From the NCBI GenBank assembly GCA_964057225.1, contig OZ059898.1:19468001-19532000 (forward strand): a DNA stretch of 64,000 nt, in the 5' to 3' direction. The stretch is from Auanema rhodensis. Its lineage: Eukaryota > Animalia > Nematoda. The notes under the pieces were generated by a model. It saw only the letters and a program-made list of their open reading frames with translations, searched no databases and was not told the origin of the DNA. Shown in pieces: positions 26,672-41,600 of this stretch; the first letter of the stretch is position 1, and every line of letters begins with the position of its first letter. The position numbers were made by a program, and so were the translations under genes.

Positions 26672-29600
26672 TTTGCGCTAGCTTAAAAATGCACCGAGAC
26701 ATCAACTGATACAAGTTCACACTTATATCCTCGATTTTCACCCTGAAGAATTAATTTTTTCGTTGAATAACATTGTCCATCGTCTTTGCCTTGAAAAAAG
26801 GAATCTAAAAACATTTACTTTTTGCTAAATTATTTTGAAATTTTTCGAAAAAATTTTTGTCAAAATGTTTTTGGAAGCAATGTTGAGTGTACATGGAAAC
26901 TCAACATACACTAATGCATCATTTTTCAAACGATCATAACTAATTTTTGTATTAAGCGTTTTTCAATGTAGTATAGTGCATTCGATGCGGATTTTTAAGC
27001 TGCGTCGATCTGTGTTATCAGATTTGCGCTAGCTTAAAAATGCACCGAGACATCAACTGATATAAGTTCACACTTATATCCTCGATTTTCACCCTGAAGA
27101 ATTTATTTTTTCGTTGAATAACATTGTCCATCGTCTTTGCCTTGAAAAAAGGAATCTAAAAACATCTACTTTTTGCTAAATTATTTCGAAATTTTTCGAA
27201 AAAATTTTTGTCAAAATGTTTTTGGAAGCAATGTTGAGTGTACATGGAAACTCAACATACACTAATGCAACATTTTTCAAACGATCATAACTAATTTTTG
27301 TATTAAGCGTTTTTCAATGTAGTATAGTGCATTCGATGCGGATTTTTAAGCTGCGTCGATCTGTGTTATCAGATTTGCGCTAGCTTAAAAATGCACCGAG
27401 ACATCAACTGATATAAGTTCACACTTATATCCTCGATTTTCACCCTGAAGAAATAATTTTTTCGTTGAATAACATTGTCCATCGTCTTTGCCTTGAAAGA
27501 AGGAATCTAAAAACATCTACTTTTTGCTAAATTATTCTGAAATTTTTCGAAAAAATTTTTGTCAAAATGTTTTTGGAAGCAATGTTGAGTGTACATGGAA
27601 ACTCAACATACACTAATGCATCATTTTTCAAACGATCATAACTAATTTCTGTATTAAGCGTTTCTCAATGTAGTATAGTGCATTCGATGCGGATTTTTAA
27701 ACTGCGTCGATCTGTGTTGTCAGATTTGCGCTAGCTTAAAAATGCACCGAGACATCAACTGATACAAGTTCACACTTATATCCTCGATTTTCACCCTGAA
27801 GAATTAATTTTTTCGTTGAATAACATTGTCCATCGTCTTTGCCTTGAAAAAAGGAATCTAAAAACATTTACTTTTTGCTAAATTATTTTGAAATTTTTCG
27901 AAAAAATTTTTGTCAAAATGTTTTTGGAAGCAATGTTGAGTGTACATGGAAACTCAACATACACTATTGCATCATTTTTCAAACGATCATAACTAATTTT
28001 TGTAGTAAGCGTTTCTCAATGTAGTATAGTGCATTCGATGCGGATTTTTAAGCTGCGTCGATCTGTGTTATCAGATTTGCGCTAGCTTAAAAATGCACCG
28101 AGACATCAACTGATACAAGTTCACACTTATATCCTCGATTTTCACCCTGAAGAATTAATTTTTTCGTTGAATAACATTGTCCATCGTCTTTGCCTTGAAA
28201 AAAGGAATCTAAAAACATTTACTTTTTGCTAAATTATTTTGAAATTTTTCGAAAAAATTTTTGTCAAAATGTTTTTGGAAGCAATGTTGAGTGTACATGG
28301 AAGCTCAACATACACTAATGCATCATTTTTCAAACGATCATAACTAATTTTTGTATTAAGCGTTTTTCAATGTAGTATAGTGCATTCGATGCGGATTTTT
28401 AAGCTGCGTCGATCTGTGTTATCAGATTTGCGCTAGCTTGAAAATGCACCGAGATATCAACTGATATAAGTTCACACTTATATCCTCGATTTTCACCCTG
28501 AAGAATTTATTTTTTCGTTGAATAACATTGTCCATCGTCTTTGCCTTGAAAAAAGGAATCTAAAAACATCTACTTTTTGCTAAATTATTCTGAAATTTTT
28601 CGAAAAAATTTTTGTCAAAATGTTTTTGGAAGCAATGTTGAGTGTACATGGAAACTCAACATACACTAATGCATCATTTTTCAAACGATCATAACTAATT
28701 TTTGTATTAAGCGTTTTTCAATGTAGTATAGTGCATTCGATGCGGATTTTTAAGCTGCGTCGATCTGTGTTATCAGATTTGCGCTAGCTTAAAAATGCAC
28801 CGAGACATCAACTGATATAAGTTCACACTTATATCCTCGATTTTCACCCTGAAGAATTTATTTTTTCGTTGAATAACATTGTCCATCGTCTTTGCCTTGA
28901 AAAAAGGAATCTAAAAACATCTACTTTTTGCTAAATTATTCTGAAATTTTTCGAAAAAATTTTTGTCAAAATGTTTTTGGAAGCAATGTTGAGTGTACAT
29001 GGAAACTCAACATACACTAATGCATCATTTTTCAAACGATCATAACTAATTTCTGTATTAAACGTTTCTCAATGTAGTATAGTGCATTCGATGCGGATTT
29101 TTAAGCTGCGTCGATCTGTGTTATCAGATTTGCGCTAGCTTAAAAATGCACCGAGACATCAACTGATATAAGTTCACACTTATATCCTCGATTTTCACCC
29201 TGAAGAATTAATTTTTTCGTTGAATAACATTGTCCATCGTCTTTGCCTTGAAAAACGAAATCTGAAAACTTCTACTTTTTGCTAAATTATTTTGAAATTT
29301 TTCGAAAAAATTTTTGTCAAAATGTTTTTGGAAGCAATGTTGAGTGTACATGGAAACTCAACATACACTAATGCATCATTTTTCAAACGATCACAACTAA
29401 TTTTTGTATAAAGCGTTTCTCAATGTAGTATAGTGCATTCGATGCAGATTTGTAAGCTGCGTCGATCTGTGTTATCAGATTTGCGCTAGCTTAAAAATGC
29501 ACCGAGATATCAACTGATATAAGTTCACACTTATATCCTCGATTTTCACCCTGAAGAATTAATTTTTTCGTTGAAAAACATTGTCCATCGTCTTTGCCTT

Positions 29601-32600
29601 GAAAAACGAAATCTGAAAACTTCTACTTTTTGCTAAATTATTTTGAAATTTTTCGAAAAAATTTTTGTCAAAATGTTTTTGGAAGCAATGTTGAGTGTAC
29701 ATGGAAACTCAACATACACTAATGCATCATTTTTCAAACGATCACAACTAATTTTTGTATAAAGCGTTTCTCAATGTAGTATAGTGCATTCGATGCAGAT
29801 TTGTAAGCTGCGTCGATCTGTGTTATCAGATTTGCGCTAGCTTAAAAATGCACCGAGATATCAACTGATATAAGTTCACACTTATATCCTCGATTTTCAC
29901 CCTGAAGAATTAATTTTTTCGTTGAATAACATTGTCCATCGTCTTTGCCTTGAAAAAAGGAATCTAAAAACATTTACTTTTTGCTAAATTATTTTGAATT
30001 TTTTCGAAAAAATTTTTGTCAAAATGTTTTTGGAAGCAATGTTGAGTGTACATGGAAACTCAACATACACTAATGCATCATTTTTCAAACGATCATAACT
30101 AATTTCTGTATCAAACGTTTCTCAATGTAGTATAGTGCATTCGATGCGGATTTTTAAGCTGCGTCGATCTGTGTTATCAGATTTGCGCTAGCTTAAAAAT
30201 GCACCGAGACATCAACTGATATAAGTTCACACTTATATCCTCGATTTTCACCCTGAAGAATTAATTTTTTCGTTGAATAACATTGTCCATCGTCTTTGCC
30301 TTGAAAAACGAAATCTGAAAACTTCTACTTTTTGCTAAATTATTTTGAAATTTTTCGAAAAAATTTTTGTCAAAATGTTTTTGGAAGCAATGTTGAGTGT
30401 ACATGGAAACTCAACATACACTAATGCATCATTTTTCAAACGATCACAACTAATTTTTGTATAAAGCGTTTCTCAATGTAGTATAGTGCATTCGATGCAG
30501 ATTTGTAAGCTGCGTCGATCTGTGTTATCAGATTTGCGCTAGCTTAAAAATGCACCGAGATATCAACTGATATAAGTTCACACTTATATCCTCGATTTTC
30601 ACCCTGAAGAATTAATTTTTTCGTTGAATAACATTGTCCATCGTCTTTGCCTTGAAAAAAGGAATCTAAAAACATTTACTTTTTGCTAAATTATTTTGAA
30701 ATTTTTCGAAAAAAGTTTTGTCAAAATGTTTTTGGAAGCAATGTTGAGTGTACATGGAAACTCAACATACACTAATGCATCATTTTTCAAACGATCATAA
30801 CTAATTTTTGTATTAAGCGTTTTTCAATGTAGTATAGTGCATTCGATGCGGATTTTTAAGCTGCGTCGATCTGTGTTATCAGATTTGCGCTAGCTTAAAA
30901 ATGCACCGAGACATCAACTGATATAAGTTCACACTTATATCCTCGATTTTCACCCTGAAGAATTTATTTTTTCGTTGAATAACATTGTCCATCGTCTTTG
31001 CCTTGAAAAAAGGAATCTAAAAACATCTACTTTTTGCTAAATTATTCTGAAATTTTTCGAAAAAATTTTTGTCAAAATGTTTTTGGAAGCAATGTTGAGT
31101 GTACATGGAAACTCAACATACACTAATGCATCATTTTTCAAACGATCATAACTAATTTTTGTATTAAGCGTTTTTCAATGTAGTATAGTGCATTCGATGC
31201 GGATTTTTAAGCTGCGTCGATCTGTGTTATCAGATTTGCGCTAGCTTAAAAATGCACCGAGACATCAACTGATATAAGTTCACACTTATATCCTCGATTT
31301 TCACCCTGAAGAATTAATTTTTTCGTTGAATAACATTGTCCATCGTCTTTGCCTTGAAAAACGAAATCTGAAAACTTCTACTTTTTGCTAAATTATTTTG
31401 AAATTTTTCGAAAAAATTTTTGTCAAAATGTTTTTGGAAGCAATGTTGAGTGTACATGGAAACTCAACATACACTAATGCATCATTTTTCAAACGATCAC
31501 AACTAATTTTTGTATAAAGCGTTTCTCAATGTAGTATAGTGCATTCGATGCAGATTTGTAAGCTGCGTCGATCTGTGTTATCAGATTTGCGCTAGCTTAA
31601 AAATGCACCGAGACATCAACTGATATAAGTTCACACTTATATCCTCGATTTTCACCCTGAAGAATTAATTTTTTCGTTGAATAACATTGTCCATCGTCTT
31701 TGCCTTGAAAAACGAAATCTGAAAACTTCTACTTTTTGCAAAATTATTTTGAAATTTTTCGAAAAAATTTTTGTCAAAATGTTTTTGGAAGCAATGTTGA
31801 GTGTACATGGAAACTCAACATACACTAATGCATCATTTTTCAAACGATCACAACTAATTTTTGTATAAAGCGTTTCTCAATGTAGTATAGTGCATTCGAT
31901 GCAGATTTGTAAGCTGCGTCGATCTGTGTTATCAGATTTGCGCTAGCTTAAAAATGCACCGAGATATCAACTGATATAAGTTCACACTTATATCCTCGAT
32001 TTTCACCCTGAAGAATTAATTTTTTCGTTGAATAACATTGTCCATCGTCTTTGCCTTGAAAAAAGGAATCTAAAAACATTTACTTTTTGCTAAATTATTT
32101 TGAAATTTTTCGAAAAAATTTTTGTCAAAATGTTTTTGGAAGCAATGTTGAGTGTACATGGAAACTCAACATACACTAATGCATCATTTTTCAAACGATC
32201 ATAACTAATTTTTGTATTAAGCGTTTTTCAATGTAGTATAGTGCATTCGATGCGGATTTTTAAGCTGCGTCGATCTGTGTTATCAGATTTGCGCTAGCTT
32301 AAAAATGCACCGAGACATCAACTGATATAAGTTCACACTTATATCCTCGATTTTCACCCTGAAGAATTTATTTTTTCGTTGAATAACATTGTCCATCGTC
32401 TTTGCCTTGAAAAAAGGAATCTAAAAACATCTACTTTTTGCTAAATTATTCTGAAATTTTTCGAAAAAATTTTTGTCAAAATGTTTTTGGAAGCAATGTT
32501 GAGTGTACATGGAAACTCAACATACACTAATGCATCATTTTTCAAACGATCATAACTAATTTTTGTATTAAGCGTTTTTCAATGTAGTATAGTGCATTCG

Positions 32601-32638
32601 ATGCGGATTTTTAAGCTGCGTCGATCTGTGTTATCAGA

Positions 32639-35600
32639 TTTGCGCTAGCTTAAAAATGCACCGAGACATCAACTGATATAAGTTCACACTTATATCCTCG
32701 ATTTTCACCCTGAAGAATTAATTTTTTCGTTGAATAACATTGTCCATCGTCTTTGCCTTGAAAAACGAAATCTGAAAACTTCTACTTTTTGCTAAATTAT
32801 TTTGAAATTTTTCGAAAAAATTTTTGTCAAAATGTTTTTGGAAGCAATGTTGAGTGTACATGGAAACTCAACATACACTAATGCATCATTTTTCAAACGA
32901 TCACAACTAATTTTTGTATAAAGCGTTTCTCAATGTAGTATAGTGCATTCGATGCAGATTTGTAAGCTGCGTCGATCTGTGTTATCAGATTTGCGCTAGC
33001 TTAAAAATGCACCGAGACATCAACTGATATAAGTTCACACTTATATCCTCGATTTTCACCCTGAAGAATTTATTTTTTCGTTGAATAACATTGTCCATCG
33101 TCTTTGCCTTGAAAAAAGGAATCTAAAAACATCTACTTTTTGCTAAATTATTCTGAAATTTTTCGAAAAAATTTTTGTCAAAATGTTTTTGGAAGCAATG
33201 TTGAGTGTACATGGAAACTCAACATACACTAATGCATCATTTTTCAAACGATCATAACTAATTTCTGTATTAAACGTTTCTCAATGTAGTATAGTGCATT
33301 CGATGCGGATTTTTAAGCTGCGTCGATCTGTGGTATCAGATTTGCGCTAGCTTAAAAATGCACCGAGACATCAACTGATATAAGTTCACACTTATATCCT
33401 CGATTTTCACCCTGAAGAATTAATTTTTTCGTTGAATAACATTGTCCATCGTCTTTGCCTTGAAAAACGAAATCTGAAAACTTCTACTTTTTGCTAAATT
33501 ATTTTGAAATTTTTCGAAAAAATTTTTGTCAAAATGTTTTTGGAAGCAATGTTGAGTGTACATGGAAACTCAACATACACTAATGCATCATTTTTCAAAC
33601 GATCACAACTAATTTTTGTATAAAGCGTTTCTCAATGTAGTATAGTGCATTCGATGCAGATTTGTAAGCTGCGTCGATCTGTGTTATCAGATTTGCGCTA
33701 GCTTAAAAATGCACCGAGATATCAACTAATATAAGTTCACACTTATATCCTCGATTTTCACCCTGAAGAATTAATTTTTTCGTTGAATAACATTAGCCAT
33801 CGTCTTTGCCTTATAAAAAGAAATCTAAAAACATTTACTTTTTGCTAAATTATTTTGAAATTTTTCGAAAAAATTTTTGTCAAAATGTTTTTGGAAGCAA
33901 TGTTGAGTGTACATGGAAACTCAACATACACTAATGCATCATTTTTCAAACGATCATAACTAATTTTTGTATTAAGCGTTTCTGAATGTAGTATAGTGCA
34001 TTCGATGCGGATTTTTAAGCTGCGTCGATCTGTGTTGTCAGATTTGCGCTAGCTTAAAAATGCACCGAGACATCAACTGATATAAGTTCACACTTATATC
34101 CTCGATTTTCACCCTGAAGAAATAATTTTTTCGTTGAATAACATTGTCCATCGTCTTTGCCTTGAAAGAAGGAATCTAAAAACATCTACTTTTTGCTAAA
34201 TTATTCTGAAATTTTTCGAAAAAATTTTTGTCAAAATGTTTTTGGAAGCAATGTTGAGTGTACATGGAAACTCAACATACACTAATGCATCATTTTCCAA
34301 ACGATCATAACTAATTTCTGTATTAAGCGTTTCTCAATGTAGTATAGTGCATTCGATGCGGATTTTTAAGCTGCGTCGATCTGTGTTGTCAGATTTGCGC
34401 TAGCTTAAAAATGCACCGAGACATCAACTGATACAAGTTCACACTTATATCCTCGATTTTCACCCTGAAGAATTAATTTTTTCGTTGAATAACATTGTCC
34501 ATCGTCTTTGCCTTGAAAAAAGGAATCTAAAAACATTTACTTTTTGCTGAATTATTTTGAAATTTTTCGAAAAAATTTTTGTCAAAATGTTTTTGGAAGC
34601 AATGTTGAGTGTACATGGAAACTCAACATACACTATTGCATCATTTTTCAAACGATCATAACTAATTTTTGTATTAAGCGTTTCTCAATGTAGTATAGTG
34701 CATTCGATGCAGATTTTTAAGCTGCGTCGATCTGTGTTATCAGATTTGCGCTAGCTTAAAAATGCACCGAGACATCAACTGATATAAGTTCACACTTATA
34801 TCCTCGATTTTCACCCTGAAGAATTAATTTTTTCGTTGAATAACATTGTCCATCGTCTTTGCCTTGAAAAAAGGAATCTAAAAACATTTACTTTTTGCTA
34901 AATTATTTTGAAATTTTTCGAAAAAAATTTTGTCAAAATGTTTTTGGAAGCAATGTTGAGTGTACATGGAAACTCAACATACACTAATGCATCATTTTTC
35001 AAACGATCATAACTAATTTTTGTATTAAGCGTTTTTCAATGTAGTATAGTGCATTCGATGCGGATTTTTAAGCTGCGTCGATCTGTGTTATCAGATTTGC
35101 GCTAGCTTAAAAATGCACCGAGACATCAACTGATATAAGTTCACACTTATATCCTCGATTTTCACCCTGAAGAAATAATTTTTTCGTTGAATAACATTGT
35201 CCATCGTCTTTGCCTTCAAAGAAAGAATCTAAAAACATCTACTTTTTGCTAAATTATTCTGAAATTTTTCGAAAAAATTTTTGTCAAAATGTTTTTGGAA
35301 GCAATGTTGAGTGTACATGGAAACTCAACATACACTAATGCATCATTTTTCAAACGATCATAACTAATTTCTGTATTAAGCGTTTCTCAATGTAGTATAG
35401 TGCATTCGATGCGGATTTTTAAGCTGCGTCGATCTGTGTTGTCAGATTTGCGCTAGCTTGAAAATGCACCGAGACATCAACTGATACAAGTTCACACTTA
35501 TATCCTCGATTTTCACCCTGAAGAATTAATTTTTTCGTTGAATAACATTGTCCATCGTCTTTGCCTTGAAAAAAGGAATCTAAAAACATTTACTTTTTGC

Positions 35601-38600
35601 TAAATTATTTTGAAATTTTTCGAAAAAATTTTTGTCAAAATGTTTTTGGAAGCAATGTTGAGTGTACATGGAAACTCAACATACACTAATGCATCATTTT
35701 TCAAACGATCATAACTAATTTTTGTATTAAGCGTTTTTCAATGTAGTATAGTGCATTCGATGCGGATTTTTAAGCTGCGTCGATCTGTGTTATCAGATTT
35801 GCGCTAGCTTAAAAATGCACCGAGACATCAACTGATATAAGTTCACACTTATATCCTCGATTTTCACCCTGAAGAAATAATTTTTTCGTTGAATAACATT
35901 GTCCATCGTCTTTGCCTTGAAAGAAAGAATCTAAAAACATCTACTTTTTGCTAAATTATTCTGAAATTTTTCGAAAAAATTTTTGTCAAAATGTTTTTGG
36001 AAGCAATGTTGAGTGTACATGGAAACTCAACATACACTAATGCATCATTTTTCAAACGATCATAACTAATTTCTGTATTAAGCGTTTCTCAATGTAGTAT
36101 AGTGCATTCGATGCGGATTTTTAAGCTGCGTCGATCTGTGTTGTCAGATTTGCGCTAGCTTAAAAATGCACCGAGACATCAACTGATACAAGTTCACACT
36201 TATATCCTCGATTTTCACCCTGAAGAATTAATTTTTTCGTTGAATAACATTGTCCATCGTCTTTGCCTTGAAAAAAGGAATCTAAAAACATTTACTTTTT
36301 GCTAAATTATTTTGAAATTTTTCGAAAAAATTTTTGTCAAAATGTTTTTGGAAGCAATGTTGAGTGTACATGGAAACTCAACATACACTAATGCATCATT
36401 TTTCAAACGATCATAACTAATTTCTGTATTAAACGTTTCTCAATGTAGTATAGTGCATTCGATGCGGATTTTTAAGCTGCGTCGATCTGTGTTATCAGAT
36501 TTGCGCTAGCTTAAAAATGCACCGAGACATCAACTGATATAAGTTCACACTTATATCCTCGATTTTCACCCTGAAGAATTAATTTTTTCGTTGAATAACA
36601 TTGTCCATCGTCTTTGCCTTGAAAAACGAAATCTGAAAACTTCTACTTTTTGCTAAATTATTTTGAAATTTTTCGAAAAAATTTTTGTCAAAATGTTTTT
36701 GGAAGCAATGTTGAGTGTACATGGAAACTCAACATACACTAATGCATCATTTTTCAAACGATCATAACTAATTTCTGTATTAAACGTTTCTCAATGTAGT
36801 ATAGTGCATTCGATGCGGATTTTTAAGCTGCGTCGATCTGTGTTATCAGATTTGCGCTAGCTTAAAAATGCACCGAGACATCAACTGATATAAGTTCACA
36901 CTTATATCCTCGATTTTCACCCTGAAGAATTAATTTTTTCGTTGAATAACATTGTCCATCGTCTTTGCCTTGAAAAACGAAATCTGAAAACTTCTACTTT
37001 TTGCTAAATTATTTTGAAATTTTTCGAAAAAATTTTTGTCAAAATGTTTTTGGAAGCAATGTTGAGTGTACATGGAAACTCAACATACACTAATGCATCA
37101 TTTTTCAAACGATCATAACTAATTTCTGTATTAAACGTTTCTCAATGTAGTATAGTGCATTCGATGCGGATTTTTAAGCTGCGTCGATCTGTGTTATCAG
37201 ATTTGCGCTAGCTTAAAAATGCACCGAGACATCAACTGATATAAGTTCACACTTATATCCTCGATTTTCACCCTGAAGAATTAATTTTTTCGTTGAATAA
37301 CATTGTCCATCGTCTTTGCCTTGAAAAACGAAATCTGAAAACTTCTACTTTTTGCTAAATTATTTTGAAATTTTTCGAAAAAATTTTTGTCAAAATGTTT
37401 TTGGAAGCAATGTTGAGTGTACATGGAAACTCAACATACACTAATGCATCATTTTTCAAACGATCACAACTAATTTTTGTATAAAGCGTTTCTCAATGTA
37501 GTATAGTGCATTCGATGCAGATTTGTAAGCTGCGTCGATCTGTGTTATCAGATTTGCGCTAGCTTAAAAGTGCACCGAGATATCAACTGATATAAGTTCA
37601 CACTTATATCCTCGATTTTCACCCTGAAGAATTAATTTTTTCGTTGAATAACATTAGCCATCGTCTTTGCCTTATAAAAAGGAATCTGAAAACATTTACT
37701 TTTTGCTAAATTATTTTGAAATTTTTCGAAAAAATTTTTGTCAAAATGTTTTTGGAAGCAATGTTGAGTGTACATGGAAACTCAACATACACTAATGCAT
37801 CATTTTTCAAACGATCATAACTAATTTTTGTATTAAGCGTTTCTCAATGTAGTATAGTGCATTCGATGCGGATTTTTAAGCTGCGTCGATCTGTGTTGTC
37901 AGATTTGCGCTAGCTTAAAAATGCACCGAGACATCAACTGATATAAGTTCACACTTATATCCTCGATTTTCACCCTGAAGAAATAATTTTTTCGTTGAAT
38001 AACATTGTCCATCGTCTTTGCCTTGAAAGAAGGAATCTAAAAACATCTACTTTTTGCTAAACTTTTCTGAAATTTTTCGAAAAAATTTTTGTCAAAATGT
38101 TTTTGGAAGCAATGTTGAGTGTACATGGAAACTCAACATACACTAATGCATCATTTTTCAAACGATCATAACTAATTTCTGTATTAAGCGTTTCTCAATG
38201 TAGTATAGTGCATTCGATGCGGATTTTTAAGCTGCGTCGATCTGTGTTGTCAGATTTGCGCTAACTTAAAAATGCACCGAGACATCAACTGATACAAGTT
38301 CACACTTATATCCTCGATTTTCATCCTGAAGAATTAATTTTTTCGTTGAAAAACATTGTCCATCGTCTTTGCCTTGAAAAAAGAAATCTAAAAACATTTA
38401 CTTTTTGCTAAATTATTTTGAAATTTTTCGAAAAAATTTTTGTCAAAATGTTTTTGGAAGCAATGTTGAGTGTACATGGAAACTCAACATACACTAATGC
38501 ATCATTTTTCAAACGATCATAACTAATTTTTGTATTAAGCGTTTCTCAATGTAGTATAGTGCATTCGATGCGGATTTTTAAGCTGCGTCGATCTGTGTTG

Positions 38601-41600
38601 TCAGATTTGCGCTAGCTTAAAAATGCACCGAGACATCAACTGATACAAGTTCACACTTATATCCTCGATTTTCATCCTGAAGAATTAATTTTTTCGTTGA
38701 ATAACATTGTCCATCGTCTTTGCCTTGAAAAACGAAATCTGAAAACTTCTACTTTTTGCTAAATTATTTTGAAATTTTTCGAAAAAATTTTTGTCAAAAT
38801 GTTTTTGGAAGCAATGTTGAGTGTACATGGAAACTCAACATACACTAATGCATCATTTTTCAAACGATCATAACTAATTTCTGTATTAAGCGTTTCTCAA
38901 TGTAGTATAGTGCATTCGATGCGGATTTTTAAGCTGCGTCGATCTGTGTTGTCAGATTTGCGCTAGCTTAAAAATGCACCGAGATATCAACTGATATAAG
39001 TTCACACTTATATCCTTGATTTTCACCCTGAAGAATTAATTTTTTCGTTGAATAACGTTGTCCATCGTCTTTGCCTTGAAAAAAGGAATCTAAAAACATC
39101 TACTTTTTGCTAAATTATTCTGAAATTTTAAGAAAAAATTTTTGTCAAAATGTTTTTGGAAGCAATGTTGAGTGTACATGGAAACTCAACATACACTAAT
39201 GCATCATTTTTCAAACGATCATAACTAATTTCTGTATTAAACGTTTCTCAATGTAGTATAGTGCATTCGATGCGGATTTTTAAGCTGCTTCGATCTGTGT
39301 TATCAGATTTGCGCTAGCTTAAAAATGCACCGAGACATCAACTGATATAAGTTCACACTTATATCCTCGATTTTCACCCTGAAGAATTGATTTTTTCGTT
39401 GAATAACATTGTCCATCGTCTTTGCCTTGAAAAACGAAATCTAAAAACATTTACTTTTTGCTAAATTATTTTGAAATTTTTCGAAAAAATTTTTGTCAAA
39501 ATGTTTTTGGAAGCAATGTTGAGTGTACATGGAAACTCAACATACACTAATGCATCATTTTTCAAACGATCATAACTAATTTTTGTATTAAGCGTTTCTC
39601 AATGTAGTATAGTGCATTCGATGCGGATTTTTAAGCTGCGTCGATCTGTGTTATCAGATTTGCGCTAGCTTAAAAATGCACCGAGACATCAACTGATATA
39701 AGTTCACACTTATATCCTCGATTTTCACCCTGAAGAATTTATTTTTTCGTTGAATAACATTGTCCATCGTCTTTGCCTTGAAAAAAGGAATCTAAAAACA
39801 TCTACTTTTTGCTAAATTATTCTGAAATTTTTCGAAAAAATTTTTGTCAAAATGTTTTTGGAAGCAATGTTGAGTGTACATGGAAACTCAACATACACTA
39901 ATGCATCATTTTTCAAACGATCATAACTAATTTTTGTATAAAGCGTTTCTCAATGTAGTATAGTGCATTCGATGCAGATTTGTGAGCTGCGTCGATCTGT
40001 GTTATCAGATTTGCGCTAGCTTAAAAATGCACCGAGACATCAACTGATATAAGTTCACACTTATATCCTCGATTTTCACCCTGAAGAATTAATTTTTTCG
40101 TTGAATAACATTGTCCATCGTCTTTGCCTTGAAAAAAGAAATCTAAAAACATTTACTTTTTGCTAAATTATTTTGAAATTTTTCGAAAAAATTTTTGTCA
40201 AAATGTTTTTGGAAGCAATGTTGAGTGTACATGGAAACTCAACATACACTAATGCATCATTTTTCAAACGATCATAACTAATTTCTGTATTAAACGTTTC
40301 TCAATGTAGTATAGTGCATTCGATGCGGATTTTTAAGCTGCGTCGATCTGTGTTATCAGATTTGCGCTAGCTTAAAAATGCACCGAGACATCAACTGATA
40401 TAAGTTCACACTTATATCCTCGATTTTCACCCTGAAGAATTAATTTTTTCGTTGAATAACGTTGTCCATCGTCTTTGCCTTGAAAAAAGGAATCTAAAAA
40501 CATCTACTTTTTGCTAAATTATTTCGAAATTTTTCGAAAAAATTTTTGTCAAAATGTTTTTGGAAGCAATGTTGAGTGTACATGGAAACTCAACATACAC
40601 TAATGCATCATTTTTCAAACGATCATAACTAATTTTTGTATTAAGCGTTTTTCAATGTAGTATAGTGCATTCGATGCGGATTTTTAAGCTGCGTCGATCT
40701 GTGTTATCAGATTTGCGCTAGCTTAAAAATGCACCGAGACATCAACTGATATAAGTTCACACTTATATCCTCGATTTTCACCCTGAAGAATTGATTTTTT
40801 CGTTGAATAACATTGTCCATCGTCTTTGCCTTGAAAAACGAAATCTAAAAACATTTACTTTTTGCTAAATTATTTTGAAATTTTTCGAAAAAATTTTTGT
40901 CAAAATGTTTTTGGAAGCAATGTTGAGTGTACATGGAAACTCAACATACACTAATGCATCATTTTTCAAACGATCATAACTAATTTCTGTATTAAGCGTT
41001 TCTCAATGTAGTATAGTGCATTCAATGCGGATTTTTAAGCTGCGTCGATCTGTGTTGTCAGATTTGCGCTAGCTTAAAAATGCACCGAGATATCAACTGA
41101 TATAAGTTCACACTTATATCCTCGATTTTCACCCTGAAGAATTAATTTTTTCGTTGAATAACATTGTCCATCGTCTTTGCCTTGAAAAAAGAAATCTAAA
41201 AACATTTACTTTTTGCTAAATTATTTTGAAATTTTTCGAAAAAATTTTTGTCAAAATGTTTTTGGAAGCAATGTTGAGTGTACATGGAAACTCAACATAC
41301 ACTATTGCATCATTTTTCAAACGATCATAACTAATTTTTGTATTAAGCGTTTCTCAATGTAGTATAGTGCATTCGATGCTGATTTTTAAGCTGCGTCGAT
41401 TTGTGTTATCAGATTTGCGCTAGCTTAAAAATGCACCGAGACATCAACTGATATAAGTTCACACTTATATCCTCGATTTTCACCCTGAAGAATTAATTTT
41501 TTCGTTGAATAACGTTGTCCATCGTCTTTGCCTTGAAAAAAGGAATCTAAAAACATCTACTTTTTGCTAAATTATTTCGAAATTTTTCCAAAAAATTTTT

